Both the position numbers and the translations under genes were made by a program. The notes beneath the pieces are model-generated. The model made no database searches and was not told the origin of the DNA. It saw only the letters and a program-made list of their open reading frames with translations. Below are positions 14,195-25,334 of a stretch of DNA of 64,000 nucleotides, in pieces (within the stretch, counting starts at the first letter, position 1; each line of letters starts with the position of its first letter). The stretch is taken from IMG/VR virus record IMGVR_UViG_3300028797_000153; one strand, written 5' to 3'. The stretch comes from an uncultured virus (IMG/VR IMGVR_UViG_3300028797_000153). Taxonomy: Duplodnaviria; Heunggongvirae; Uroviricota; Caudoviricetes.

Positions 14195-14536
14195 ATGAGT
14201 AGAGTAAAAACACAGAACACAGATCATTCATATATACGTGCTGCTGAACGTTGTGGTTGGAGCAAAAAGAAAGCTCGTGAAATGATGCGTTTAGCTTCCC
14301 GCTATGGTACTGCTGCTGGTAATTTACAACCAGGACCTGTCAAAGATTTTATTACTGCAAGGCAAGAGTGTACCCATAGACGTATTAAATTATATCAAGG
14401 CTATGTTTTTGTATTTGCTTCTACTAGTACCAAATGTATTACTGTCTATCCGTTAGAAATAGGTAAAGAACTACAAGAAACTGAAGAAAAACAGTTAACA
14501 GAAATTGAAAAAATTGAAGCTATGTTAAGGCTATAA
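14195..14536 (+). CDS. Hypothetical protein (possible RelE-like fold)
   Basis: TDHSYIRAAERCG start and CITVY end pattern. Confidence 0.6.
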   Translation: MSRVKTQNTDHSYIRAAERCGWSKKKAREMMRLASRYGTAAGNLQPGPVKDFITARQECTHRRIKLYQGYVFVFASTSTKCITVYPLEIGKELQETEEKQLTEIEKIEAMLRL

Positions 14537-14570
14537 AAAATTAGCTATAATTATTTTGAGGATTAACATT

Positions 14571-14822
14571 ATGGAAGAAGAACTTAAATGGTTAGTTGAT
14601 GGCCTTATCAGAAATGAGCGTGTTGAAGATGGCCCAGAATTAGAAAAACCTGAATGTCAACAAATACTTAATGCAGTTGTTAAAAAATTAGGCTGTGCAT
14701 GTGAATTAATTGTAAATATTAATATAGAAAGAAATGGCATTTTTTATGATTATTTAATTGATCATGAAAATATTAAAGAAAGCCGTGTTTTAATTGAAGA
14801 GTGGGATAACAGATACCTTTAA
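14571..14822 (+). CDS. Hypothetical protein
   Basis: GAGG RBS before ATG 14571. Confidence 0.65.
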   Translation: MEEELKWLVDGLIRNERVEDGPELEKPECQQILNAVVKKLGCACELIVNINIERNGIFYDYLIDHENIKESRVLIEEWDNRYL

Positions 14823-14863
14823 AAATTGTATGCTAAATTATATATTGGTAAAGGAGTATAATT

Positions 14864-15130
14864 ATGGCAAAAGGTAAGGGTAAAAAAGCAAGCGCTGGTA
14901 GTGGACTTCGTAAAAAACATGGCCCAAAAAAGCACATGTTTAAAGAATACAAGCCAATGGTAAGAGCTTTTGCACAAGCAGGTTTATTAGACAAATATCA
15001 TAACTTTGAATCTTGGCAATTAGCTATGGCTGCAAGAGGAAGTAAGAAAGCAACTTATGCTGATTTTAAAGCATTTGTTGTCCTAAGTATGGAAGAGAAA
15101 AAAGCATACTTTGCAAACCTCAAAAAATAG
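14864..15130 (+). CDS. Small basic protein
   Basis: AAGGAG RBS, own GCTAAATTA motif and terminator. Confidence 0.8.
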   Translation: MAKGKGKKASAGSGLRKKHGPKKHMFKEYKPMVRAFAQAGLLDKYHNFESWQLAMAARGSKKATYADFKAFVVLSMEEKKAYFANLKK

Positions 15131-15223
15131 TTAAAAAACATTAAAAATATTAAAAAGAGCTGCTAATCCAGCTCTTTTTTATTGTATAATATATTGTAGA
15201 TAAAAATTTAGGAGGTTTTTGTT

Positions 15224-17494
15224 ATGCGTACCTTATTAATTACACGTGGTGCACCTGGTGCCGGAAAATCAACTTGGGTTAAAAATAATCATTTAGAAGA
15301 TTATACTCTTTGCCCAGATGATATTCGTATTATGTGTGCTTCCAGAGATCTTCAAGCTGATGGCCATACTGCTATTGCAAGAAATAATGAAGTTGAAAAA
15401 GAAACCTGGAAGATTATTTTTCAATTACTTGAATATAGAATGCAACGTGGTGAATTAACAGTATTGGATGCAACTGCCTCTAAAACAAAAGATATTCAAC
15501 AATATAAAGAATTAGCTGAACAATATAGATATAGAACCTATGTTGTTGATTTTACTGATGTTCCTCTTGAAACTTGCTTAAAACAAAATAGAATGCGCCC
15601 AGAAATGAAATGGGTTCCAGAAGAAAGCATTAAAAATATTTATGCTCGTTTTGCTACACAGCCAGTTCCAAGCAGAGTTGATGTAATTAAACCGGATGAA
15701 TTAGATAAAATCTTAGAAAAACCTATAGATTTATCTCAATATAGAAAAGTTGTTTTTATTGGCGATATTCATGGCTGTTATGATACTTTGATGCAATATC
15801 CTGATTTCAAAGAAGGACTTAAAGATGATACAGCATATATCTTTTTAGGCGATTTCGTGGACCGTGGCAATCAAAATGCTGAAGTCATGAAGTTTATCTA
15901 TTCTATTATGAATAAGCCAAATGTATGCTTGTTAGAAGGCAATCATGAACGCTGGCTTAGAGACTATGGAAATAATGTTCCAGCCAAATCAAGAGAGTTT
16001 GAAGACAAAACAAAACCACAACTTATTGCAGGCGGTTTTGACCAAAAAATGGCTAGAATATTCTATAGAAAAGTTCGTCAAATGTCTCACTTTATGTTTA
16101 ATGGTATAGAAGTTTTAGCTTGCCATGCAGGTATTCCACATATGAATAATAATTTAGTTTATTTACCAACAGAAGCTTTTATTCATGGTGTTGGAACATA
16201 TAATGACTACCAAACAATTGCTGAAACTTGGATGACTGAAACTAAAGAAAATCAATATTTAATTCATGGCCATAGAAATACACATGAAGATCCAACTGAA
16301 ATAGCTGATAGAGTTTATAATCTTGAAGGCAAAGTTGAATTTGGTGGTAATTTAAGAATTGTTGAACTTACTTCCGATACATTCAATGGTTGGGCTTTTG
16401 GTCACCCTGAAGTTGGTTTAGTTACTGGAACACACTGGAATATAGTTGAATTACATAACTGCCAACCAATTACTGAGGATGCTATTATTGAAGAAAGAAA
16501 AGTTGATACAGTTGAAGAAGCTATTGATTATCTTAGATTAAATAAATTTGTCCAAGAAAAACAATTAGGTAATGGAGTTTCTTCTTTCAATTTTACCCGT
16601 GAAGCTTTCTATGATGCTAACTGGAATAAACAAACTATTTTAGCACGTGGCTTATTCTTAGATACTGAAAATAAAAAGATTATGGCACGCTCATATGAAA
16701 AGTTTTTTAGAATTAATGAAGTTCATGAAACTGAAATGATTGCACTTAAAAATAGACTTCAATTTCCAGTCCAAGCCTATGTAAAAGAAAATGGATTTTT
16801 AGCAATAGTATCTTATGATTATAAAAATGATGATTTATTTATTGCTTCTAAGTCCACAAATAAAGGCGATTATGTTGAATATATTAAAGCTCAACTTGAA
16901 CCTTATAAAGAAAAATTATTAGACCTTTTAAGAACAAATTATAATGATGGTATTCCATGTTCAGCAGTATTTGAATGTGTTGATATTGAACATGACCCAC
17001 ACATTATTAAGTATCCAAAAAGCAAAATAGTATTATTAGATATTATTGAAAATACTTTAAATTATAAAGCTAGAACTTATTACTCATTAAAAGAGGCTGC
17101 TGCTTATATTGGCTGCCCGGTTAAAGAATTAGCATTTGAAATAAAAGATTATGATGAATTTAGAAATCTTTATAATGAAGCCCAAGATGAAGAATATAAG
17201 TATAATGGTGAATATATTGAGGGTTTCGTTTTTGTGGATGCTTCTGGTTTTATGACAAAATTAAAAACAGGTTATTATAATTTCTGGAAACATATGAGGG
17301 GCGTTGCTGATCAAACTCTTAGATGTGGAAATTATGGTAGAACTGGCGCACTTCAATCAGCCCAAGCTAATTATTTCTATGGTTTCTGTAGACAATTATT
17401 TAGAAATGATCGTGATAAAGAAACAAAATCTTATCCATATAAAACAGATATTATTTCGCTTCGTGAAAAGTATCTAGCTGAGTTTAGAAAATAA
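15224..17494 (+). CDS. Polynucleotide kinase + metallophosphoesterase + RNA ligase fusion (RNA end healing and sealing)
   Basis: GAPGAGKS P-loop, DAT; GDIHG/GDFVDRG/GNHE; ARSYEKFF, KENGFL, EGFV, KLK ligase motifs. Confidence 0.9.
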   Translation: MRTLLITRGAPGAGKSTWVKNNHLEDYTLCPDDIRIMCASRDLQADGHTAIARNNEVEKETWKIIFQLLEYRMQRGELTVLDATASKTKDIQQYKELAEQYRYRTYVVDFTDVPLETCLKQNRMRPEMKWVPEESIKNIYARFATQPVPSRVDVIKPDELDKILEKPIDLSQYRKVVFIGDIHGCYDTLMQYPDFKEGLKDDTAYIFLGDFVDRGNQNAEVMKFIYSIMNKPNVCLLEGNHERWLRDYGNNVPAKSREFEDKTKPQLIAGGFDQKMARIFYRKVRQMSHFMFNGIEVLACHAGIPHMNNNLVYLPTEAFIHGVGTYNDYQTIAETWMTETKENQYLIHGHRNTHEDPTEIADRVYNLEGKVEFGGNLRIVELTSDTFNGWAFGHPEVGLVTGTHWNIVELHNCQPITEDAIIEERKVDTVEEAIDYLRLNKFVQEKQLGNGVSSFNFTREAFYDANWNKQTILARGLFLDTENKKIMARSYEKFFRINEVHETEMIALKNRLQFPVQAYVKENGFLAIVSYDYKNDDLFIASKSTNKGDYVEYIKAQLEPYKEKLLDLLRTNYNDGIPCSAVFECVDIEHDPHIIKYPKSKIVLLDIIENTLNYKARTYYSLKEAAAYIGCPVKELAFEIKDYDEFRNLYNEAQDEEYKYNGEYIEGFVFVDASGFMTKLKTGYYNFWKHMRGVADQTLRCGNYGRTGALQSAQANYFYGFCRQLFRNDRDKETKSYPYKTDIISLREKYLAEFRK

Positions 17495-17504
17495 GAGGTA
17501 AACT

Positions 17505-18284
17505 ATGCAACAAAAATTATATGATGTGGTTATTGTTGGAGCAAGTGATGAAGGTATTGAAGCAGCTAAATACTTCTTTGCTAAAAATCTAAACATCCTT
17601 CTAATTAGCCGACACTTTGATAACTTTAAAAGAACATTTGCAAAAATTCCATACTTAACCGGCAATGTTATCTTTTCTGGTTATATGCACGGGCTTATTA
17701 TGCTCTACTTAGAAGATGGCAGCTCTATTTGTACAAAAAATGTTATTTTAGCTACAGGTACACGTCATACTCCAGTCAAAAGTGATTGTAAAAATGGTAT
17801 ATATTATAATATTAACAGTATTAAAAATACCAGAAAATATCATAAATTAGTTATTATTGATGACACAGAGGCTGGAGTAAAACATGCCTTGTTATTAGCA
17901 ACCAAATTTAAGGAAATATATATTTGTACAAAGCTTCTTAAATTGCCAATATCTGAAGAGCTTAAACAAAAGTTGCAAGAAACTCCAAATATTCATATTA
18001 TGCCACTTTGTTCAGTTAAAGAGTTTGTGCACAATAATATGAACGTCCTCTATAAAGTTATTCTTGATACATATGCTGAGGTACCATGCCAATATGTATT
18101 AGCAAGTACAAATAGAATTGCTGAAGTACCTTGTTTAAGTAAAGGCATGATTGAAATAGACCAATATGGTTATTATATTGTTAATAAGCATTATGGCTCA
18201 AAACTAGTGCCGGGTGTATTTGCGATTGGCGCTTGTACAGGCAGCAATGATAAAATAAAATTTGGCAATATTTTGCTAAAATAG
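17505..18284 (+). CDS. Degenerate thioredoxin-reductase-like flavoprotein
   Basis: YDVVIVGAS, VILATG, VPGVFAIGAC; lacks CxxC and intact GxGxxG. Confidence 0.65.
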   Translation: MQQKLYDVVIVGASDEGIEAAKYFFAKNLNILLISRHFDNFKRTFAKIPYLTGNVIFSGYMHGLIMLYLEDGSSICTKNVILATGTRHTPVKSDCKNGIYYNINSIKNTRKYHKLVIIDDTEAGVKHALLLATKFKEIYICTKLLKLPISEELKQKLQETPNIHIMPLCSVKEFVHNNMNVLYKVILDTYAEVPCQYVLASTNRIAEVPCLSKGMIEIDQYGYYIVNKHYGSKLVPGVFAIGACTGSNDKIKFGNILLK

Positions 18285-18340
18285 CTAAAAAATCATTGTA
18301 TAATATAGTAGAATATAGAAAGGTTAAAGTTGGTGATACC

Positions 18341-18919
18341 ATGTTAACAGATGAAAAGAAATATTCAAACAAAGTTAAATTTATTGAGCTATTAACGAAA
18401 CTTAATATTGATTTAACTGAACTTACAAAATACTTAGATGCTATCAATTATTTTGATAAACCATATACGGCTCAATATACAAGAGCTTATTCTGGTGGCT
18501 TATGTGAACAAGCATTAATGCTTTGTCATGAACTTGGTGTTTTATGTAATGCATATTTCCCAGGTAAGTATTCAGAAGAAGATGTAATTAAAGTTGCATT
18601 ATTTAAAGATTTATATAGAGCTGAAATGTATGAACCATATTCCAGAAATGTCAAAAATGATGAAACTGGTGAATGGGAAAAAGTGCTAGCTTATAGAACT
18701 AAAGAAGAACGCCCAACATTCGGTGATTTAGGTTTTAGTTCATTTATGATTGCAAGAAAGTTTATTGACTTAAATGATGAACAAATTGAAGCAATTTGCC
18801 ATTCATCTTTTAGGGATGTATATACAAGTGACATTCATGATATTTTAAAGTCATACCCGTTAACAACTTTAACGCATATGGCAGAAATGGTCACAAACTA
18901 TTTAACTGTAGAGGAATAA
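18341..18919 (+). CDS. HD-hydrolase-like protein with substituted metal ligands
   Basis: AYSGGLCEQAL, ALFKDLYR, EAICHS, THMAEM. Confidence 0.65.
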   Translation: MLTDEKKYSNKVKFIELLTKLNIDLTELTKYLDAINYFDKPYTAQYTRAYSGGLCEQALMLCHELGVLCNAYFPGKYSEEDVIKVALFKDLYRAEMYEPYSRNVKNDETGEWEKVLAYRTKEERPTFGDLGFSSFMIARKFIDLNDEQIEAICHSSFRDVYTSDIHDILKSYPLTTLTHMAEMVTNYLTVEE

Positions 18920-18922
18920 TCT

Positions 18923-19246
18923 ATGCCAAAAAAAGAAACAGAACATTTATTACTTGATTTAATTAAAGTAAAAGATGTCTGGGGAAAATTGAGCACACTA
19001 GTGCCTGAAGAAGGATTAGCTATTTATGCAAAGCTTCAAGATGAAGATCCTGAAATTATTGCATACATTAGACCAGACAAAATAACTAAAAATTGTTATA
19101 TTAGGACCGTTACAGATAGACTTCAAACATATATCTGTGATTATCCACGTTTTTGTGAATTCATAGAACTTGTTGATTTAGCTTATGACACATTAAACTA
19201 TGAAATTCCACTTAATGAAAATATCAAAGCAATCGTAGCTGATTAG
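18923..19246 (+). CDS. Hypothetical protein
   Basis: ORF with RBS, followed by terminator 19267-19290. Confidence 0.75.
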   Translation: MPKKETEHLLLDLIKVKDVWGKLSTLVPEEGLAIYAKLQDEDPEIIAYIRPDKITKNCYIRTVTDRLQTYICDYPRFCEFIELVDLAYDTLNYEIPLNENIKAIVAD

Positions 19247-19339
19247 CTAGCAGCTATAAATTAAATAAAGGCGAAGAAATTCGCCTTTTTATATTGTATA
19301 ATATATTGTAGTAATTTGCCCACAAGGAGGCTAATATAG

Positions 19340-20374
19340 ATGAAATGACTTTTATTTACAGATAATCATTATTCAACAAGCTCCTCAATTATTAGAACAA
19401 GAGGTAATAAATATAGTGCTAGAATTGAAAACCAATTAGATTCACTTAATTGGATTGAACGTTATGCAGAAGAACATAATATTGATGCTATTGCTTGCCT
19501 CGGTGATTTTTTTGATAAACCTGTTTTAACCGATGAAGAAATAACAGGCCTAAGAGGAATTAAATGGAGTAATATTCAACATTATTTCTTAATTGGCAAT
19601 CATGAATCAAGTTTTAATGATTTAGTTTTTAGTTCAACAACTGTTTTACAAAGAGCTAATACAAAAATTATTGATACACCTACAACAATTAAATTAGGTG
19701 ATACACAAGTACTATTTTTACCTTATATTATTGAAAGTAATAGAAAGCCTTTAACTGAAACATTATCTTTTGATGCCTCAGTTAAAAAGCATATTGTATT
19801 ATCACATAATGATATTAAAGGTGTTCAAATGGGAAGCATTACATCACAAACAGGTGTTGATATTGATGAAATTGATAAAAACTGTGACTTATTTATTAAT
19901 GGTCATTTACATAATGGTGGCTATATTACACCTAAAATTTTAAACCTTGGCAATTTAACTGGACAAAACTTTGGTGAAAATGCTTTATTATATAAACATC
20001 AAATTGCTATTTTAGACACAGATACATTAGAAATTACTCTTATTGAAAACCCATATGCTCTTAACGTTTATAAGCTTGAAATTTTTGATAAGAAAGATTT
20101 AGCTGTATTTGATCAACTTAAAGATAATGCTGCAATATCAGTAAAATGTTTAAATACACTTGTTGATGATGTCAAAGAAGCAATCGCAAAGTTTAAAGAA
20201 GCACATACAACATTAACTACAAGATTGGTTGTTATTAATAGAAGTACTGAAGTTATGGCCGATAGACTTGATGAATTAACTGTTGACCACTTAGCAAAGT
20301 TTATTGAATTCTGTAAAGATAAAATTAATAATACAACTGTTTTAGCAACTGAATTGGCTGAGGTTTGTAAATAA
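19340..20374 (+). CDS. Mre11/SbcD-like nuclease (gp47-like), 344 aa with TGA=Trp at codon 3
   Basis: AGGAGG RBS; TDNH, GDFFD, GNHE, SH, GHLH motifs in one frame. Confidence 0.88.
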
Positions 20375-20754
20375 TGAAAATATCAAAAGCATTTAGAAAA
20401 AAGTATAAAAAAATATGTAAATATTACGAAAATGCTTTTAAAGTACAAGCAAAATTGAAAAAAACATATATTTATTATAATTTGGAATATGATGCATTAT
20501 GTTTACAATATTTACGTGATTATTGCCTACTTTCTTACGACTTAACGACTGATAAAGTGAAAGCTGAGCTTGTTTCTGCCTTACAGCTTACAGTTCAAGA
20601 ATATATGATTTACTTAACACATTTACAAAACTGTGCATTTGCTGAAGAAGCTGAAGTTAGAAAGCAAGAAATGGAAGAAGCATACAAACACTTAGCAGTT
20701 ATGCAGTCAATAATAGCAGCACATATAAAGGAGTTTACATTAGCCTATGAATAG
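20374..20754 (+). CDS. Hypothetical protein
   Basis: Translationally coupled ORF. Confidence 0.75.
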   Translation: MKISKAFRKKYKKICKYYENAFKVQAKLKKTYIYYNLEYDALCLQYLRDYCLLSYDLTTDKVKAELVSALQLTVQEYMIYLTHLQNCAFAEEAEVRKQEMEEAYKHLAVMQSIIAAHIKEFTLAYE

Positions 20755-22618
20755 TTTAATTTATAATAAAATTATATTACATAACTTTGGAAGCTATGGC
20801 CATGCAGAAGTAGAATTAAGAAATAAAGGCTTCTGTTTAGTTTCAGGTAAAAATAATTATAAAAAAGATAACGCCCTTTCTAATGGTTCAGGAAAGAGCT
20901 TTTTGTGGTCTGCTATTTGTTATGCTTTAACAGGTGAAACTATTGGCGGCTTAACTTCGCATCTTAGAAACATTAATATTGAAGATGATGATACTTGTTA
21001 TGTAACTTTATATTTAACAGTAGATGGTTCAGACTATATTATTACACGCCATCATACACCAAAATCTGACTTAAAAATTATTAAAGATGGAAATGATGAA
21101 TCTGGTAAAGGTATTCGTGAAAGTGAAAAGCACTTAGGTGAATTACTTCCAGACTTAACTAAGGATTTAATTGCCTCAACTATTATTATTGGCCAAGGAA
21201 TGCCGCATAAATTTTCAGCATTTAGCCCAAGTGGTCGTAAGGAATTACTTGAAAAATTAACTAAATCTGATTTTATGATTGAAGATATTAAAAATAGAAT
21301 TCAAGCCCGTCAATTAGAATTAGATAAACAAGTTAGAACATATGAAGATAGTATTCTTGTAAATAAAACACAATTAGGAACTGCCCAAAAAGCATTAGAA
21401 ACAGCCCAAAATGAATTAGCTGAATTTAAGCCTATTGATTATAATGCTGAAATAAAAATTCATACAGATAAATTAGCAGAGCTTAAAAAAGATCTTGCAG
21501 CTAATACTAAAGAGCTTTCTGCTGCTGAAAAAATTGTAGAAGAATTAAATAAAAAGATTTTAGAGCTTACAAGTCAAAAAGCTGGTGAAGTTTCCTTATT
21601 AGCTGAAAACTATAATAAAAAATATCGCGAACTTATTGGTGAAAAGTCCCAGGTAGATGCAGAGCTTTCAAGTGTTAAAAAAGAAATTGCTCATGTAGAA
21701 GCAATGCCTGATGTTTGTCCAACCTGTAAGCGACCATTTGAGCCTGGTTATAAGCCAGATATTACAGATAAGAAAAAGCTTGTTGAAACATTAACCAAAA
21801 AAGTTTCAGCATGTAGTAATAAAATAACTGACTGCAATAAGAAAAATGCTCAATATACTACAGAAATTAACCAAAGATATGATGCAGATATTTCTGCAGC
21901 AAATACAAAGTTAACTGAAGCAAAAAAAGAAATTACAAGATTAAAAAATAATGATACTGATATTTCACACTTCATTAACTTAGAAGAAGATGAAATTAGA
22001 ACATTAAGCTTCAAAAAAGAAAATGATACAAAACATTTAACAACATTAGCTTTAAACATTAAGAAGTATGAAAAAGATATTGCTGACTTAGAAAAAGCAA
22101 TTCAAATTACAGACCAAGCTAATGCTGAAATAGCTGAACATTTAGCCGTTTTACGTAAGATGGATACATTAGTTAAACGTGATTTTAGAGGCTACTTATT
22201 AACTAATATTATTACATATTTAGACAAAAGAGCAAAAGATTATAGTGAATTAGTTTTTGGTACACGTGAACTTAATGTTTATCTTGACGGTAATGCTCTT
22301 GATATTTCCTACTGTAATAAATTAATGGAAAACTTATCAGGTGGTGAAAAACAAAGAGTAGATATTATTCTTCAATTAGCTCTTCGTGACCTATTAAGTG
22401 TATATTTAAACTATAGTGCAAATATTCTTGTTCTTGATGAAATCTTTGATAACTTAGACAGAGTTGCAACAGATAGAATTCTAAACTTAATTTCATCTGA
22501 GCTAAAAGATATTGAAAGCATCTTTATTATTTCACACCATGCTGATTCATTAAATATTGGCTATGATTCTGAAATACTTGTAGTCAAAGATGAAAATGGA
22601 ATAAGTGCAGTAATTTAG
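20747..22618 (+). CDS. Rad50/SbcC-like ATPase (gp46-like)
   Basis: NGSGKS, coiled coil, CPTC zinc hook, LSGGEK, LDE, ISH. Confidence 0.92.
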   Translation: MNSLIYNKIILHNFGSYGHAEVELRNKGFCLVSGKNNYKKDNALSNGSGKSFLWSAICYALTGETIGGLTSHLRNINIEDDDTCYVTLYLTVDGSDYIITRHHTPKSDLKIIKDGNDESGKGIRESEKHLGELLPDLTKDLIASTIIIGQGMPHKFSAFSPSGRKELLEKLTKSDFMIEDIKNRIQARQLELDKQVRTYEDSILVNKTQLGTAQKALETAQNELAEFKPIDYNAEIKIHTDKLAELKKDLAANTKELSAAEKIVEELNKKILELTSQKAGEVSLLAENYNKKYRELIGEKSQVDAELSSVKKEIAHVEAMPDVCPTCKRPFEPGYKPDITDKKKLVETLTKKVSACSNKITDCNKKNAQYTTEINQRYDADISAANTKLTEAKKEITRLKNNDTDISHFINLEEDEIRTLSFKKENDTKHLTTLALNIKKYEKDIADLEKAIQITDQANAEIAEHLAVLRKMDTLVKRDFRGYLLTNIITYLDKRAKDYSELVFGTRELNVYLDGNALDISYCNKLMENLSGGEKQRVDIILQLALRDLLSVYLNYSANILVLDEIFDNLDRVATDRILNLISSELKDIESIFIISHHADSLNIGYDSEILVVKDENGISAVI

Positions 22619-22690
22619 CTAAAAAATTATTTTTTGCATTTTATTGTATAATATAATAAATAGATATTTATTAACGGGAGTGATTAAAAT

Positions 22691-23503
22691 ATGATCTGAA
22701 AAAAACCGGGCGACTTAAAATATACTGAGCTCTGTATGTATATAGATGCTAACATCCCAAAACTTGCTGAAGAGGGCAAGTATCCTGATGTTGAAAATAC
22801 TATATATAATTATCTTTGGCTACTTGTTAAAGCATTAGCCATTAAAAAACGTATGTTCCAAAAGTTTGAAGATTATGATGGCTATGCTTTTTATTCTGCA
22901 AGTCGTTTGTTCTTCGCTATTAGAAAAAATTATCAAAACCAAGGCAAAATAATTAAAGGAAAAAAGATTAGGCCAATTAAATCTTCCTTAAACTATACAA
23001 AAGCTCTTTTATACCCAATGAAAGTTGAGTACCAAAGAAAAGAGTATAATGAAATTATTTCAGAAGAATTTACATCTAAAAAGTTTGATGCATTCAATTA
23101 CAAAGAGCAATTAAAATCATTGGCTGCTGCTTCACAAGATTCTGCTGCATTAACAGTTGAATATATCAGGGATACTGTTATAAGCTGTCCTAAGATTATT
23201 GATGAAATATTAGCCAGCTCACCATTTGCACCAGATTCATTAGACTATAAGAAACTTAAGATTTCATTATTGCTTAACTGCGTATATAGTTTAAAAACGA
23301 AAAATCAATTAACATATGATTTAAATACAATCTTCCTCTGGAAACTACCAAAATCAATGGCAAGTTATGTGAAGGTATTAATTAAAGAATTTTATACCAA
23401 GTTGAAAAATGATTTACTCGACTGCTATGAAGTTCCTGACGATCGTATTTTAGAAAGATTAATAGCCAATCCAGAAGGAGACTTTGTAGATTATGAAGAC
23501 TAG
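22691..23503 (+). CDS. Hypothetical protein, 270 aa with TGA=Trp at codon 3
   Basis: GGGAG RBS before ATG ATC TGA AAA; in frame with track ORF 22736. Confidence 0.7.
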
Positions 23504-23894
23504 TATCAGCGCAAATTTAAACAGTTTACATTTATCAGATGTTTATTCCTTAATGCTCTTCTTGCTATATAAAATTCAAGATGTTCCAGAATATGCAGTA
23601 TTAAGTGAATTATGTTATCTACTTGATGGCAGCAATATTACAAGATTATTTACATACTTTGCAGGCAAAACAATTACAATTCCAACAGAAGAAGAATTTG
23701 TAATTATGTCAGATGCACTATTATTATATCAATATATTAATGTAGATGGTTTATCATTTATAGCTGCTCATGAAAAAATTACTGGCTTAACTGCTAAACA
23801 ACGTGAAACAGTTACTGAGCTATACTTAAAAATACTTCCAATTATTAGCGAGTATAATATTAATAGATCAGGAGTTCAAAAAAATGCCTTCTAA
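23493..23894 (+). CDS. Possible Mor/C-like transcription regulator
   Basis: FAGKTITIPT motif. Confidence 0.4.
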   Translation: MKTSISANLNSLHLSDVYSLMLFLLYKIQDVPEYAVLSELCYLLDGSNITRLFTYFAGKTITIPTEEEFVIMSDALLLYQYINVDGLSFIAAHEKITGLTAKQRETVTELYLKILPIISEYNINRSGVQKNAF

Positions 23895-24120
23895 AGAATA
23901 TAAAATACAAAAGTTTGATGAAGCAAAAAGAACATTTGAAACTCGCTTATTATTTATTGAAAGTATCTTCGCAAACAAATATACTAAATATGATATTATG
24001 GCAAGCTGCATTGAACATAAGCTTGACCAATCATTTAAAGCCTATATCAAAGAGTTAGAAAATAGCTCTTGGGTATTATATGGAAAAGATCCACTTAAAG
24101 TTTTGAAAGCAATTGACTAA
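23884..24120 (+). CDS. Hypothetical protein
   Basis: Coupled ORF. Confidence 0.7.
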   Translation: MPSKEYKIQKFDEAKRTFETRLLFIESIFANKYTKYDIMASCIEHKLDQSFKAYIKELENSSWVLYGKDPLKVLKAID

Positions 24121-24132
24121 GGAGTACAAAAT

Positions 24133-24459
24133 ATGGTTACACAATCCAACATTATTGCAGATTTAAGTTCTGCCACAAAGGTTCCAAACAAAGCATTAAC
24201 AGAATTAATTAGTAAAGAAATTCTTTGTATTGGAAGTGCTGTTCATGATGCCTTAATTAATAAAGATGAAGCTATTGTGTTAAATATTGGCCTTGGAACA
24301 TTAAGTATTAGTTTAACTGATATGCAATGCAAATTTATTCCGGGCAAAGAACTAAAGGCTATAATTAAAAGGAGCATCACAGACAAAATTGACCCATTAG
24401 AATTAGTTTTAGAACAAACACTAATTGAAAAGCTAATGAAAATTTGTGATGAAAATTAA
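24133..24459 (+). CDS. HU/IHF-like DNA-binding protein with short arm
   Basis: IGLGTLSI ... KFIPGKELKAII. Confidence 0.55.
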   Translation: MVTQSNIIADLSSATKVPNKALTELISKEILCIGSAVHDALINKDEAIVLNIGLGTLSISLTDMQCKFIPGKELKAIIKRSITDKIDPLELVLEQTLIEKLMKICDEN

Positions 24460-24461
24460 AA

Positions 24462-25037
24462 ATGGCTGAAGAAGAAAAGAAAGTTGAACAAATAGAAGAA
24501 ACACCAGCTGATGTTACTACAGCATTAGTTGCTAATACAAAAAATTTAAATGAAGAATCACTTGAAATAATTAACCAAATTATTGCTGAAAATGATGTTA
24601 ATAAAGCAAAAGATTTAACTTATTTATTTAATATTAATCAAAATAAGAAAACTATTGTTAGAGTTAATAAATTAAGTGATCTCTTAGATGTAATTACAGA
24701 GCAAGCAATTACAAGATTTTCTGAACGTCCTGATGAAATTTCTAATAAAGAATTACTTGATGGCTTAAAAGTTGTCCAAGATATCATTGAGCGTGGACAA
24801 AAGCAAGTTAGTGGCGCCACAGAAGTTGCTCCATTAATTCAAATTAACCAACAAGATAACTCAGTTAATGTAAAAGATGGCCAAACAAACTTAAGCCGTG
24901 AATCTCGTGAACGTGTTAAAAATGCTGTTATGGATATTTTACATGGTATTGCAACAGGTCAAGATACAACTATAATTGATAGCTCTGAAGAAGAAGTTGT
25001 TGATGCTAATTATACTTCCAAAGAGGAGGACAAATAA
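24462..25037 (+). CDS. Hypothetical helical protein
   Basis: ORF in operon. Confidence 0.75.
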   Translation: MAEEEKKVEQIEETPADVTTALVANTKNLNEESLEIINQIIAENDVNKAKDLTYLFNINQNKKTIVRVNKLSDLLDVITEQAITRFSERPDEISNKELLDGLKVVQDIIERGQKQVSGATEVAPLIQINQQDNSVNVKDGQTNLSRESRERVKNAVMDILHGIATGQDTTIIDSSEEEVVDANYTSKEEDK

Positions 25038-25334
25038 ATGATTGATGATATTACTGCTATACTAAAAAGGCTTGACTTAAAAGCTGATGGAAAATATGAA
25101 AATCATTTTTATGTTATTCCCCTAAAAGATAGTAATGAATATGCAAGAATGTATACACTTCTTGACGAAAATGCTATCAATACAGAATATCCAAATTTTC
25201 AAACAAATAGCACAAAATCTACTACAAAAGTAACTAATTATTTTGAATTAGATGAAAGCAATGTTACTTATAATATTTTCTTAATTGCTGATTTTGATAA
25301 TGATAAATATTATATTAAAATAGGCGAAAAATAA
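25038..25334 (+). CDS. Hypothetical protein
   Basis: GAGGAGG RBS. Confidence 0.75.
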   Translation: MIDDITAILKRLDLKADGKYENHFYVIPLKDSNEYARMYTLLDENAINTEYPNFQTNSTKSTTKVTNYFELDESNVTYNIFLIADFDNDKYYIKIGEK

